A DNA stretch of 64,000 nt, taken from the NCBI RefSeq assembly GCF_001194135.2, contig NC_068998.1, forward strand, positions 45,241,957-45,305,956. The letters are read 5' to 3'. Below are positions 12,192 to 25,059 of this stretch, piece by piece; the first letter of the stretch is position 1; each line of letters begins with the position of its first letter. The notes under the pieces are model-generated. The model saw nothing but the letters and a program-made list of their open reading frames with translations. It was not told the DNA's origin and did not search any database. Both the position numbers and the translations under genes were made by a program. Source of the DNA: Octopus bimaculoides. Taxonomy: Eukaryota.

Positions 12192-13386
12192 CTCATCGCA
12201 TGTAAGATATTTGTAACTTGACAAAGTCATGATGACATTGAGAAATATAAATCAATGGTAGTGTCTAAAAAGAGCAATTATTGATTTGCTACGCTAAGAA
12301 ACTACACTTAAAGTCTAAAAGTGTCAAATTTTTTGTTGAAGTGTTGGAATTAAAAGGAAAGAAGAAAAACAAAACATCACCCTAACACTGAAATTGTCAC
12401 AACTCTGAGAACAAGTTTCTGATAAAAGAGTGTGAGCACATTTTCACAGCACCCATCATACCCACTTCTTTTGTCATTGATTTCTAGCATTGTATTTTGT
12501 TATAATCCATAATATAATAGAGACAATGGTTCATGTGCAATTCCAAATTCCTGAACTATTTCTAATAACATTGTCATTAACAGTCTGGAGTTGTCACCAT
12601 ATCTGCTCTGTCTTTTAGTTAGGAAGAAAGGCAGTGCATGTAATCCAATTACAGGGTGTCTGAGACTGGTGAGAGGGAGGTAGAAATAAAGGTATTCTCA
12701 AACAGAGGACCTAGCCCCAATACTCTGCTAAAGGCACCCAAGTGGTTGTATTAGATCAGGCTATAAATTAACCTTAATTGTTCGAGTAGGTTACAGCAGG
12801 ATTTGAACTTGGAATGCAAACAGCCAGAGCAAATTTTGTAAAACATCTCATCCAACACTTAACAATTTTAGCATTCATTTATGCTAGACTGATAACTCTT
12901 GATTTAATGATCCCTGTAAAGATGAAAGACATAGTTGAACTCAGTGACAATTGAATTCATAATGGAAGAATCCAGAATAAATACAATATGGCATTTTGTC
13001 AGACACATTTGTAAATTTGCCATTTGAATCATGATGGTCTTGAGTAATATAAACCAGTCTAACTCCTCTTTATCCAAAACCACCTAGTGGCCCTCTCTTT
13101 AGCTTTGGTGACTGAATTTATATATATATATATATATATATATNNNNNNNNNNNNNNNNNNNNNNNNNNNNNNNNNNNNNNNNNNNNNNNNNNNNNNNNN
13201 NNNNNNNNNNNNNNNNNNNNNNNNNNNNNNNNNNNNNNNNNNNNNNNNNNNNNNNNNNNNNNNNNNNNNNNNNNNNNNNNNNNNNNNNNNNNNNNNNNNN
13301 NNNNNNNNNNNNNNNNNNNNNNNNNNNNNNNNNNNNNNNNNNNNNNNNNNNNNNNNNNNNNNNNNNNNNNNNNNNNNNNNNNNNNA

Positions 13387-13505
13387 TGTTAAGGGTACAT
13401 GTGTCTGTGGAGTGTTCAGTCACTTGCACATTAATTTCATGAGCAGGCTGTTCCATTCATTGGATCAACTGGAACTCTCGTTGTTGTAACCAACAGACCA
13501 CCAGC
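13387..13505 (+). mobile_element. SINE family C 3' fragment after a gap
   Basis: gttaagggtacatgtgtctgtggagtgttcagtcacttgcac...ggatcaactggaactctcg matches the 7742 copy. Confidence 0.85.
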
Positions 13506-13508
13506 AAG

Positions 13509-13512
<4 letters not shown>

Positions 13513-13551
<39 letters not shown>

Positions 13552-13763
13552 CATATACATGTGTGTGTGTGTGTATATATATATTTGCATATATATATGT
13601 ATGTATGTGTGTGTGTGTGTGTGTGTGTGTATAAGTATATATATGTGTATATATATATGTATATATTTATGTATATATATATGTGTATATGTATGTATGT
13701 GTATATATGTATATATATATGTGTATATTTATGTATATATATGTGTATATATATGTATGTATA

Positions 13764-13811
<48 letters not shown>

Positions 13812-13960
13812 CATATATATGCAAGTGTATGTATATATATATATGTTTGTGTGTATGTATGTCTATCTACATATACACGTGTTTGTATATGTGTATGTAT
13901 ATATATATGTGTGTGTGTGTGTATGTATATGTATGTATGTATGTGTGTATGCATACATGT
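13513..13960. repeat. Compound (TA)n/(TG)n/(TATG)n microsatellite
   Basis: Directly visible; source of the YI/CV ORFs. Similar tracts at 26050-26230, 36140-36561 and 63117-63530. Confidence 0.97.
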
Positions 13961-16900
13961 GTGGATGGGTGTTAGTTAAATTTTGTGTTACATTTAGTAG
14001 GTTTCGCTTTCAGGTTTGAAAAATGGATATTCAATTGAAAAGACATTAAAATAAAGTTATACGTTAGGTTTCCTCTTCCTCTTTCTTTTTTCACTTCTTT
14101 AACAAAGTGGTGTGTAAAAAGAATTCTATTGATTTGAAGTTTTTGACATCAAACATGCTTTCACAAATGACATCACACTGTCTTTGGTTAATGTTACACC
14201 TGAGCCAGGTATCTGATTATAGAAATATAGAGAAATTTTAAGAAGATTTTTTATGTAATGTTCTATAATCTCTCTCCTCCCCACTCTCTCTCTTTATTAT
14301 TTAGTATACATATATTCATTATAGAATAATTAGAAAATATTTATTGTGCTAAATATTATGCAGTATAGCAGTAATGCTTAGTTTTATGTGCATACCTAGT
14401 TCAACTTGGTAGGTGTGGTCCAGAATAAATAGCAGAGCTGTTGACCAGCCATCCTGGAGTTTTTATACTCTGGCACTCAACGGGGGCAGGGGACTATTAT
14501 CAGTGCAGACAATGCAGTGATGATGCAAATAATGGTTGTGGTGAGGAGGGAGACGTATATGAGAGGAACAGAGAGAAGAGAAGCTCAACTGATCTCAGTT
14601 GTTAGATAAAAGGCATCAGAAGTCGACCCCTTATTCCACCATATGTAGATTCTGCCATCATTCATGGAATCAATGCAAAGAATGGCCCTAAAAAATACAA
14701 ATACACAGTTAGAGGAGCTACATCTTAACAAAAAGGGTATGCTGTTCAGATGTTACCTATGAATTCTATTTTATATATCATTTGTAATTTTACTTAATTT
14801 TGTGAAATTCAAATACTTTAAAATTGACGACATGGTTCTGAAGTCAAACGCTATTATGACATCGGGGGATGTCTATATATAAATCAATTATGTCTTCTAG
14901 CTTCAGTTTCCCTAAAGGATAACAACATCCTTATTACAGTTGAGTAATTCGCAGTACATAAGGTTGAAGGAATTACTGTACCAAATGTAAAAATGGATAA
15001 GATGACTTTAGCTAAGCATAATATGTACGTTACTGTTCACTTGGGCTTGTAACCCTCTTCAGGATCTGGTGTCTGTCTAAACCTTCATGGAATGCAAGTG
15101 TTAACCATCATAATTGGTAACAAAATCAATAGGATCAGTAATGATGGTCATAGCATGAATCAGGAAATGAAAATAAATTGTTGGCTGAAAATCCTTACCT
15201 GAAATGTTTTGTCTCTACTCCATCTCCCAGCACTCCAGCTTATGTATACCATAGTTGTTTTGTGAGCCACAATAAATGGATACTGTCCAAGTTCCATTTA
15301 CAATTGTCTGTCTTGCACTACATGATACACAAATATTACGAAGTATGTTCTTACATTATTGCTTTATTTTGACCTGTCACCAAAGTATTGTCTACACTTA
15401 TTAATTACAAGCATAAAACAACGATTGGAAATAATGGTACTTGATTCTTCCAGAAAATATCAGTCTGGATATTTTAGACAGAGATTCTTGTTTTCAAAGA
15501 TTTGGCAGTCATTTGCTATTTCACAATATGCCAGTATTTAATGTTTAGATATATATTCACAGTATTTAAATAAAACAGCAGCTGTTAAATCTATCCAAAT
15601 CATATTAGTTTCTGGGCTTTTTCTCCCCATTATTTAGGAGAGAGTTGTACCATATTTCAGTAGTAATATATAGAACAGTAAATGTAGAAAGCAGGTGAAA
15701 AGAAAAGTTTGTTGTGTTACATTTGCATGCATTACATTGTTAGCAAATGACTTTCTTTACATTGTGTTGTTTTAGCAGCAACTGTCTGCTTAAGAGATTG
15801 TGCCTGCTTTTCTGAAAAGTGCTGGTTAATAATACTTATTTGAGCAACAAGATAAAGATGCTTAAGCTACAACTTTAGACATAAATTGTCTGGTTGTATA
15901 TGATCTCTGTGTATCCATCAGTTTCTGTCTTTCTTTCTATGAGTGGAATGAATGTGTATATGTGTAATGGATGCATAGCCATAATTATTTTCTGTTACAA
16001 CTGAGTGAACACAGAAGTCAAACAATGAGCAGATGTTGACTACAAAGTGAGTGCTCAGCACATGTATAATAGAAAGCTTCTGTCATTTTCCCATCTTTTT
16101 CTTAAATGAAATTGGTCTCATTAAAATGTCAATATAACACACACACACATCACTCTGTGGCAATGAGCAACTGCATATCTTTTTTACCGGATGTGACAAT
16201 ATTTCATTGATATCTTAAATGTGAAGGAAATTTAATATCTCCATCTCTTTTACTCAGTCTCTGTCTCTCAAAATGTATAAATCTGTGTGTGACAACACAA
16301 TATGGCCTTTGGTTAGACCCATCTTGTGAGTGAAATTGAATAGACAAAAAACTGTGCCGAAGATTGTTGAGTGGATTGTACTCATAATTCAAATGGTACA
16401 GATTTATCACATGCTCGGTCAAGCTGATTCTGCCTAAGAACTACATTAAAAGCACACATGTCTGTGGAATACTCAGTCACTTACATTGTAATCCGGGAAC
16501 AGGTAACTCAGCTGATCAAGTTAACTGCTCATCATTTCGGGGTAGGGGGTAAGTCGATTGCATTGATCCCAATGCTCAACTGGTACTTATTTTATTAACT
16601 CTGAAAGGGTGAAAAGCAAAGTTGACCTCGGGTGAATTTGAACTCAGAATACCAGTAATATATTGTGGCTGTTTCATTCATCTTCTCTTACAAAATATTG
16701 ACCTTGTGCCCAGTCAAAAGTAATCACTGCTATTAAGTCATATATCTTAGACATACACTGAACTATTTCCTGGCCATTATTTACAATTTATGTCACTCCT
16801 CTTGAATATATATTATCCTACACATGGAAGCTTTCTGTTAACTTAAGTCATACTTAATAATTTATTATGATGCTATTTCAGAGAGAGATTGAGGGATGGA

Positions 16901-17218
16901 GAGAGAGAGGCTGATGGATTAGTGGCAATTTTACAGCATCATTTCAGTTGAAACAGGGAAAAATTTATTAATATCTATCAGTTTCTAAATTATTAGAATG
17001 ATTAATGTTATATTTAATGGTGAAGTATCTACTGCTATTTTAGGTTCACATCATGTTAATCTTCAGTTACAGGGCTTAGATGAAAATAAATTTGACTTCT
17101 GACCTTATTTTGGTTTTCAGTTAAGCAGAAATAATTTTATGTAAATTAAATTAGCCACTGGTAATTCCTCTTCTCCAACTGAATCGTTTCATCATTTTGT
17201 TTGCTTTTACATCATATA

Positions 17219-17380
17219 GGCGCAGGAGTGGCTGTGTGGTAAGTAGCTTGCTTACCAACCACATGGTTCCAGGTTCAGTCCCACTGCGTGGCACCTTGGG
17301 CAAGTGTCTTCTACTATAGCCTCGGGCCGACAAAAGCCTTGTGAGTGGATTTGGTAGCCGGAAACTGAAAGAAGCCCGTC

Positions 17381-17428
<48 letters not shown>

Positions 17429-17646
17429 TTGTGTGTCTGTGTTTGTCCCCCCAACATCGCTTGACAACCGATGCTGGTGTGTTTACGTCCCCATAACCTA
17501 GCAGTTCGGCAAAAAGAGACCGATAGAATAAGTACTAGGCTTCCAAAGAATAAGTTCTGGGGTCGATTTGATTCGACTAAAGGCGGTGCTCCAGCATGGC
17601 CACAGTCAAATGACTGAAACAAGTAAAAGAGTAAAAGAGTAAAGAG
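17219..17646 (+). mobile_element. Full-length SINE family AB (tRNA head, internal (TA)n(TG)n, 3' half, (aaagagt)n tail)
   Basis: aggcgcaggagtggctgtgtggtaag (A-box), ggttcagtccc (B-box), internal microsatellite, ...ctccagcatggccacagtcaaatgactgaaacaagtaaaagagtaaaagagt. Confidence 0.93.
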
Positions 17647-19352
17647 ATATATAGAGTAGTTACACTCTTTAATCATGTTCATCTTCTTAACTGCTTTATG
17701 CTTGCATAACATACAACAATTCTATTCACCTGGTTTCTATAACATTTAACTGTATATTAAGTGTTGTACAGTATGAATAAGCTGTTAGCAAATCATATCA
17801 GTAACACTGTTGGGATAACAAGCCACAAGTAGTGCACGTGTTGCTAATGTTCTTAAATCCTTTGAGTAAAGCATAAATGTCATACAGTCACATCTATTAT
17901 CTGCTTTAAAAATGTGGTCTTCTGCTTATACAGTTAATATTTAATTAACTTTTGTTATTATCTCAAAAAGTCTATTATATTCTAAATAGAAATGTTTCCC
18001 CTTTTTTTATATTTTTGTATGGTGTCTTAAACAATAAAAAAAATTGGGTAGAAAATTTACTGAGAAATTAAATGCAAAACCATCTTCTGCTCTATCAAAA
18101 CAATATTCATTTTATTTTTTTCTATTTTAATATAATGAAATAACTTTATGGGTTTTAGGATTTATTTTATTTTATTTATTTATTGAATTATAGAGACTTT
18201 TTTTTGTTCTTTTAGTAAAAATTTTAGTATTAATTCAGTGACATCTGTAGTGAAACTGAGCAATTTTTAGAAGGAGGATGAGTTAGCTTAACGAAGTATC
18301 AGACGAAAAAATCTGTGTAATATTTACTTTGAGCCATCACCATTTCTGAATTCAGANNNNNNNNNNNNNNNNNNNNNNNNNNNNNNNNNNNNNNNNNNNN
18401 NNNNNNNNNNNNNNNNNNNNNNNNNNNNNNNNNNNNNNNNNNNNNNNNNNNNNNNNNNNNNNNNNNNNNNNNNNNNNNNNNNNNNNNNNNNNNNNNNNNN
18501 NNNNNNNNNNNNNNNNNNNNNNNNNNNNNNNNNNNNNNNNNNNNNNNNNNNNNNNNNNNNNNNNNNNNNNNNNNNNNNNNNNNNNNNNNNNNNNNNNNNN
18601 NNNNNNNNNNNNNNNAGTTCAACAAATATAAAATAAAAGCCACTTAATTATTATGCTGCCAGAGTTTGAACCTCTTTTAATCAACTAACTTTTAATTAAT
18701 ATTGCTTTTAATAACAAATAATATACATAAAAATTTTGATTCGCAACGTTTACATAAGAAAATTAATCGAGAGAATTTGCTCTCAATGGAAAACAATTAA
18801 CATGCTGCTAATGTTTGAACAGCTAAACAATAAAAGGCCGGAGAAACCAAATTTCACTTCACAAAAGCATGATTGAATCTTTTGTTGTCTTTTAATTAAC
18901 CCATATTTAATAAATCCTCATAATGCTCTCAAAAAGTTAAAACTGTTTTTTAAAACATACTCACTTAACTTGTAAGTTATATAAATAAAATTTCAGTTCA
19001 TGAAGTTTATATATCAATATTTATACGCATAGAGGCTATTTAAATTGAACGTAAAGTGTGTTACTGCAGATGTTATAATATGAATAGCAGCTAATTAAGT
19101 TGAAATTTCTGTAACACTTCATGAATACACACTATGTATTTTGTGTTAATTTTATGCTTTAAATTAATTGCATTGTTACTAGGTCAGTAATAATGGTTAC
19201 TTAAAATGGAAAAAATACTTTTTGTAGTATGTAGAAATTAAGATACATATATAATTGACCATTTAATCAATAAGGTAGAATAAATCTGCAACTTAGTGAA
19301 ATAAGTGTTGCATCATATTTCGAGATTAAAATTGTTCAGAAATAATCCTGTA

Positions 19353-19409
<57 letters not shown>

Positions 19410-19410
<1 letters not shown>

Positions 19411-20219
19411 AGGGTACGGTGAATAAATTGTTGTCTAAATTATGCAAAAATGAAAATAACCCTAACATCTCATTTTAACAGATATATTTACCAAAATTAC
19501 ATAGAAATATCTTGAAATACTAAAGAGTAAATTTATTCAATGAAATCACCATTGGCTTCAATCACGGCCTCCAGATGACTTTGGAATCTCCTGCAGCTCT
19601 TCTGGATAGTCTCCTTGTTTAAGTATTGTGAATGCTGCCATAACCCTTGCTTTCAGTTCATCTTTGTTCAAAAGCTTTGTAGCTTTGTCTTTCCTCTTGT
19701 CCTTGATGGCTTGGGATAAAAATTGGCCTTTTGTCATCTTGTAGGAGGAATACTGAATGTCTTCATGCACTACCTGCTTGATAAGAAACTCAGACACTCC
19801 CCTGTCCCTGGTGATGGACCAGATTGACTTGGAGGGATTGTTGTCAATCATGGCCTGGATCTCACTGAAAATTCAGGAGTTCTTTTCTTATCAGAATGAT
19901 TAGAGTGAGTTTTCTGAGCTGCTGTACCCTCGTAATCACCATTAGACTCATCCAACTCTTTCCAAATCCTCTGCACTGTCCTCAGATTGACACCCAAACA
20001 CTCTGAAATATTCGTAATTGGAGTTTCTGAAGTGAATGCCAAGCAGTACAGCATGTCATTTCTAAATTTCTGACTGTGAATTGCATCATGGTGCTGTTTT
20101 TCACACAAACAGTACCCAACTGACCCAACTATACTGTGTAGTTGACAAAATCAAAAACAAACAATGCACATGCACAAAATTAAAAATATAAAATGGCAAT
20201 AATTTACCCATCACATTGC
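19410..20219 (-). mobile_element. Internally deleted Tc1/mariner-superfamily (maT/DD37D-like) transposon
   Basis: ORFs 19848-20108 and 19558-19851 give the HTH region (ISECLGVNLRTVQRI..ELDESNGDYEG..KKRTPEF, IDNNPSKSI..GVSEFLIKQVVHEDI) fused directly to the C-terminus (DELKARVMAAF); no DDE/DDD core; degenerate TIRs cagggtacggtgaataaattgttgtc / atggcaataatttacccatcacattg after TA. Confidence 0.85.
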
Positions 20220-20402
20220 TAAATCCACAAGTTTTTTATTCTCTCTCTGTTTATTTCCTCATTTTCCTTTCTGTTGAAGAGCATAGGCTCAAAACATAAA
20301 AGACTTTCTCACCTTTCCAAGCGTCAAACTAATACACCTGTTTGTTGTTTATACACCTGCCTTCATATTTTGTTTTTCTGTAAATTTCAACTATATATAT
20401 AA

Positions 20403-20745
20403 GTGCATGGCTCAGTGGTTAGCGCATCATGTTCACAATCATGAAGTAGTGAGTTTGATTCCCAGACTGGGCTGTGTGTTGTGTTCTTGAGCAAGTCACT
20501 TTATTTCACATTGCTCCAGTTCACTCAGCCATAGAAATGAGTTGCGACATCACTGGTACCAAGTTGTGTTGGCCTTAGCCTTTTCCTTGGATAACATTGG
20601 TAGCATTAAGAGGTGGGGCTGGTATGCCTGGGTGACTGCTGGTCTTCCATAAACAACTTTGTCCAGACTTGTACCTCACAGGGTAACTTTCTAGGTGCAA
20701 CTCCGTGGTCATTCATGACCAAAGTGGGATTTACCCTTTATTCTT
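20403..20745 (+). mobile_element. SINE family F (tRNA head plus CORE-like domain)
   Basis: tggctcagtggttag (A-box), gagtttgattccc (B-box), gttgtgttcttgagcaagtcactttatttcacattgctccagttcactcagc (CORE-SINE-like). Confidence 0.75.
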
Positions 20746-20787
20746 AACATATATATACACACACACACATATATATATATGGTGTAC

Positions 20788-20819
<32 letters not shown>

Positions 20820-21182
20820 GACATATATCAAATGGCATATATTCACATATGATTCATGGTTATTCTTCTAACAAAGAATAAGATGCTATTGTGCAAATAG
20901 TCATTTATATAACTGGTATTATTTTCAGAATCTACACAGCTAAACCCTGGTTTTACCACATGAAATTTACCACCTTAATCTTTTTAAAAGGGGCTTGTTT
21001 TCAACCTTTTTCCTAATTAATGCAGATCAAATAAAACATTCCTCATAGATGATATGCTAAGTTACACAATGCCTTCATCATGTTGCAAAGCCCTCATTTG
21101 CATCAATTGAATTGTCTGTGATTTGTTCCTTTCACTCTTATTTTAGCAAGACTTTTTCTTTTAAGACACTTTACAAGCCACA

Positions 21183-21830
21183 ATGGAAGTAGAAAAACAT
21201 AAGCACAAATCATTGTCAATGCTGGAAAATATGGAGCTGTTTGAAAAGTTAAATAAATGTGTGACATGTATGTCTTGTGTGAAGTTAGTTCTTCTATCAT
21301 TTATGATTTAAAGAAACACAAAGAACAAATTTAGAAGTTTTTTTCTTTTTCTGATCAAAATAAAAGGTGAAAAAAGATAGTTCTCTGATAAACTGCTTTA
21401 GAGTAACTTACATCTGAAGTTGTGAATATTTCTAGCAGCATTATCGTTGAACAGGCCAAAAAATGTTTAGTGTGAATATTTGCATGGAAGGTTGCACAAA
21501 TTTAGAAGTAGACATAAAAATTTCACTGCACAGTGTATCAGATGGAAAAGAGGAGTGCAGGCTTAGAAGCAGAATATTTTGTTCAGGAACTGGCTTGGTT
21601 TGTTGCATCAAAGAAGAAGAAAATTCTGATCAAATATATGATAGAGACGAAACTGCTTTTGTTTTGGTGTTGTGCACAAAGTGAAACGCTTGCTCAAAAC
21701 ACTGAACAAAGTCCATTTGATGGCAAATAATTGAAAAAAAAATCAGTGTTCTTGGTTGTGGCACTGGAACAAGCAGTCAGAAATGGTAAAGGTGTGAATC
21801 TTAGAACCAATAAAGGACTGAGGATTTTTC
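21183..21830 (+). pseudogene. Tigger/pogo (CENP-B-type HTH plus DDE) transposase fossil
   Basis: Frameshifted pieces HKHKSLSMLENMELFEKL, SSSIIYDLKKHKEQI, CEYLHGRLHKFRSRH and SDQIYDRDETAF match Tigger/TIGD motifs (STIYDLKK, GWL-KFK-RH, QIYNADETGL). Confidence 0.75.
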
Positions 21831-22255
21831 GCTGTTCGCTATTGCTCCGACAAAGAAAAATGGCTCACAACACTATTTTTTAATTAGTTCAATAATTCAG
21901 AGTTTCTGTTCAGAGGAAAGAAACAAGAGATTTGCTGGAGTAAACAAAAATTATGACCGATTCTAAGTGCATTCCTGTTATACACATGTATGTTTGTGTG
22001 TGGGTTCATGTTTGGTTATATTTGCGTCTCTCTGAAAATCACTGAACTACAAGCAGTGGTATTGCTGTAATTTTTCTCCCTGGCAACAATTTACTTCCTT
22101 TGTGCTTTTGAAGACTTCTGGAATAAGTGATCCTTGACCTAAGAGGTTAGTAATAGGAAAGCCATCAAACAGTAAAACAATGCCCCCACAATATATTTAT
22201 ATAACTCATGCTAGCATGGAGACTGGTAGTATGACTGTAACAATAAACAAACGAG

Positions 22256-22315
<60 letters not shown>

Positions 22316-22545
22316 AACCATAAAAGTTAACAGGTATGAAATGTATATTTATTTAACTGACATTTTAAGGATTATAACTGTTTTATTGACTATATATTTT
22401 GGTTTTCAGTTGCATGGACACTCTACATTAAACTTTTCTATATTGGATTATGAAGTGGACTGATAGTTGAATTTATAAAAGGAGGTTTCTGGATAGCCGT
22501 ATGATTCTCTGAATCCATATCTTATACTACAAATATATATATATG

Positions 22546-22833
22546 TATAAGGCAGACTGTATGACGCATGCGTACGAACAACCATGCTACATGGCAGTGA
22601 AACATGGGCTGTAACTGCTGAGGACATACGTAAGCTCGCAAGGAATGAAGCCAGTATGCTCTGTTGGATGTGTAATGTCAATGTGAATACCCATCAGAGT
22701 GTAAGTATCTTGAGAGAAAAGCTGAACATTAGAAGCATCAGTTGTGGCGTGCAAGAGAGACGATTGCGCTGGTATGGACATGTGGTGAGAATGGAGGAGG
22801 ATAGCTGCGTGAAAAAGTGCCACACCCTAACAG
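22546..22833 (+). mobile_element. RTE-clade LINE ORF2 3' fragment (runs into gap)
   Basis: Open frame GRLYDACVRTTMLHGSETWAVT..KLARNEASMLCWMC..LREKL..ERRLRWYGHVVRM, the characteristic RTE YGSETW / RLRWFGHV region. Confidence 0.92.
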
Positions 22834-23676
22834 NNNNNNNNNNNNNNNNNNNNNNNNNNNNNNNNNNNNNNNNNNNNNNNNNNNNNNNNNNNNNNNNNNN
22901 NNNNNNNNNNNNNNNNNNNNNNNNNNNNNNNNNNNNNNNNNNNNNNNNNNNNNNNNNNNNNNNNNNNNNNNNNNNNNNNNNNNNNNNNNNNNNNNNNNNN
23001 NNNNNNNNNNNNNNNNNNNNNNNNNNNNNNNNNNNNNNNNNNNNNNNNNNNNNNNNNNNNNNNNNNNNNNNNNNNNNNNNNNNNNNNNNNNNNNNNNNNN
23101 NNNNNNNNNNNNNNNNNNNNNNNNNNNNNNNNNNNNNNNNNNNNNNNNNNNNNNNNNNNNNNNNNNNNNNNNNNNNNNNNNNNNNNNNNNNNNNNNNNNN
23201 NNNNNNNNNNNNNNNNNNNNNNNNNNNNNNNNNNNNNNNNNNNNNNNNNNNNNNNNNNNNNNNNNNNNNNNNNNNNNNNNNNNNNNNNNNNNNNNNNNNN
23301 NNNNNNNNNNNNNNNNNNNNNNNNNNNNNNNNNNNNNNNNNNNNNNNNNNNNNNNNNNNNNNNNNNNNNNNNNNNNNNNNNNNNNNNNNNNNNNNNNNNN
23401 NNNNNNNNNNNNNNNNNNNNNNNNNNNNNNNNNNNNNNNNNNNNNNNNNNNNNNNNNNNNNNNNNNNNNNNNNNNNNNNNNNNNNNNNNNNNNNNNNNNN
23501 NNNNNNNNNNNNNNNNNNNNNNNNNNNNNNNNNNNNNNNNNNNNNNNNNNNNNNNNNNNNNNNNNNNNNNNNNNNNNNNNNNNNNNNNNNNNNNNNNNNN
23601 NNNNNNNNNNNNNNNNNNNNNNNNNNNNNNNNNNNNNNNNNNNNNNNNNNNNNNNNNNNNNNNNNNNNNNNNNNNN

Positions 23677-23719
<43 letters not shown>

Positions 23720-23737
<18 letters not shown>

Positions 23738-23875
23738 TTTGCCTGTGTTTGTCCTGCATCACTGCTTGACCACTGGTGTTAGTGTGTTTATGTCTGCATT
23801 ACTTAGTGGTTCAGCGAAAGAGACCAACAGAATAAGCAGCAGGCTTTACAAAAAAGTAAGCACTAGAGTCGATTC
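23720..23875 (+). mobile_element. SINE family AB, 3' half
   Basis: cactgcttgaccactggtgttagtgtgtttatgtc..cttagtggttcagcgaaagagaccaacagaataag...gtcgatt. Confidence 0.75.
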
Positions 23876-24310
23876 ATGTCTTTTTGCAAGCAACTTGCAC
23901 GTGCAAGTGCTATCAGTCGAAGGTTCCACATAGCAGAAGCCAGTAACTGTATGGGGTCATCGGGAGAAAATGCATGCTGTTTCAGGGCCTACCTCTCGAC
24001 AGCATCATTGTGCACCAGCCCCTGCCTCACTGATATGAAGCTCCGCTTGGTAGATCAACTGGTTATCAAATAGAGCTCAGTATTCTTCTAGCCATTGCTC
24101 TTTGTCTCTTTTTAACCAGATCCATTGGCTAGCCTTTTCCACTGTTTGGATATTGTTCATGGTGGCATTTACTTTCCAGAGAGTTAGGCCTAATGATAAT
24201 AACAGTCTCTTCACACTGTGTCCCATGAATCCTTTACATCTGACTTTGATTGAAAAATGCTCAACTTTCCATCCAGTGTCTTCGCATTCCTTGAGGAGGT
24301 TTATATAACG
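23876..24310 (-). mobile_element. 3' end of an RLE-type non-LTR retrotransposon (HERO-like)
   Basis: Uninterrupted minus frame 24310-24077: RYINLLKECEDTGWKVEHFSIKVRCKGFMGHSVKRLLLSLG..VEKASQWIWLKRDKEQWLEEY*, resembling the KY-L-EC-GW-EVGCRGF-AE-AS-WLWLKR C-terminus of HERO elements; followed by a GC-richer 3' UTR. Confidence 0.75.
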
Positions 24311-24543
24311 GTTAATCTTTCAAGCCTGAATTTGACTAAAATTTCTGCAAAATGGTGCCCCAGCATGGCCACAGTCTAAGGACTGAAACAAGTAAAAGTT
24401 GAAAGATAGAATATACATGTGCAATGCAGTGGTTCTCAATATCGTTGGTTTCATGGCATACTGAAATTATTACAAAATAGTTAGCAGCAGACTTTGTTTG
24501 AAGAGTTCAAAATTACAGGAGCAATTTCATAGAAAGGCTTTAA

Positions 24544-24766
24544 CCCTTTCATTACCGTATATATTTTGAGATGTTCTGTGTTTCTTTCAATTAATTTTAA
24601 ATATAACAAAGAATTTAATAAAATAATTTAGTTATCATTAAGCTAATCTTAGGAACACAAAATTGTGACTAAGTTTTGGCGAAAGATTTTAATTCAAAAC
24701 TTATGGAAATAAGACATTTGTACTATTGAGCGAGAGGCAGTTTCAGCTGGGTTGGTATCAAAAGGG
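24544..24766. mobile_element. piggyBac-like MITE with TTAA TSD
   Basis: ttaa|ccctttcattacc ... ggtatcaaaaggg|ttaa (TTAA at 24540-24543 and 24767-24770). Confidence 0.8.
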
Positions 24767-25059
24767 TTAAAACAATAAGTTTTATAGTTATAATGTCAAA
24801 GGAAATTAGAAAGACCATTGCTTACCTTATTTTATTAATTATACTTGCGTATAACACAATTACGAATTACACATCTCTAAAGTCACTGGAGAATTAGAAC
24901 GAATTTTCAGAAGTCTTAAATAATATTTCATAAAAACCAGCAGTGCACTTACTAGTGTGGTCCCTGTGCATCATTTCTGAACAACTGATATAATCATAAA
25001 CATACATGCACACACATTCTCATATATGCGTGTGTGTGTGTGTGTGTGTAAAATATGTC

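Noticed and set aside
13437-14019. Long ORFs rich in Y/I/C/V/H/T (also 25988-26372, 35995-36521, 63137-63658)
   Set aside because: Translations of (TA)n/(CA)n/(TG)n microsatellites.
14413-14604. 63-codon open + frame (VWSRINSRAV...STDLSC*) in a GC-richer patch
   Set aside because: Weak acceptor, no recognisable similarity and no supporting neighbouring exon.
15198-15296. Minus-strand ATG-to-donor frame MELGQYPFIVAHK...KTFQ|gtaagg
   Set aside because: Only the donor is convincing; no downstream exon could be linked.
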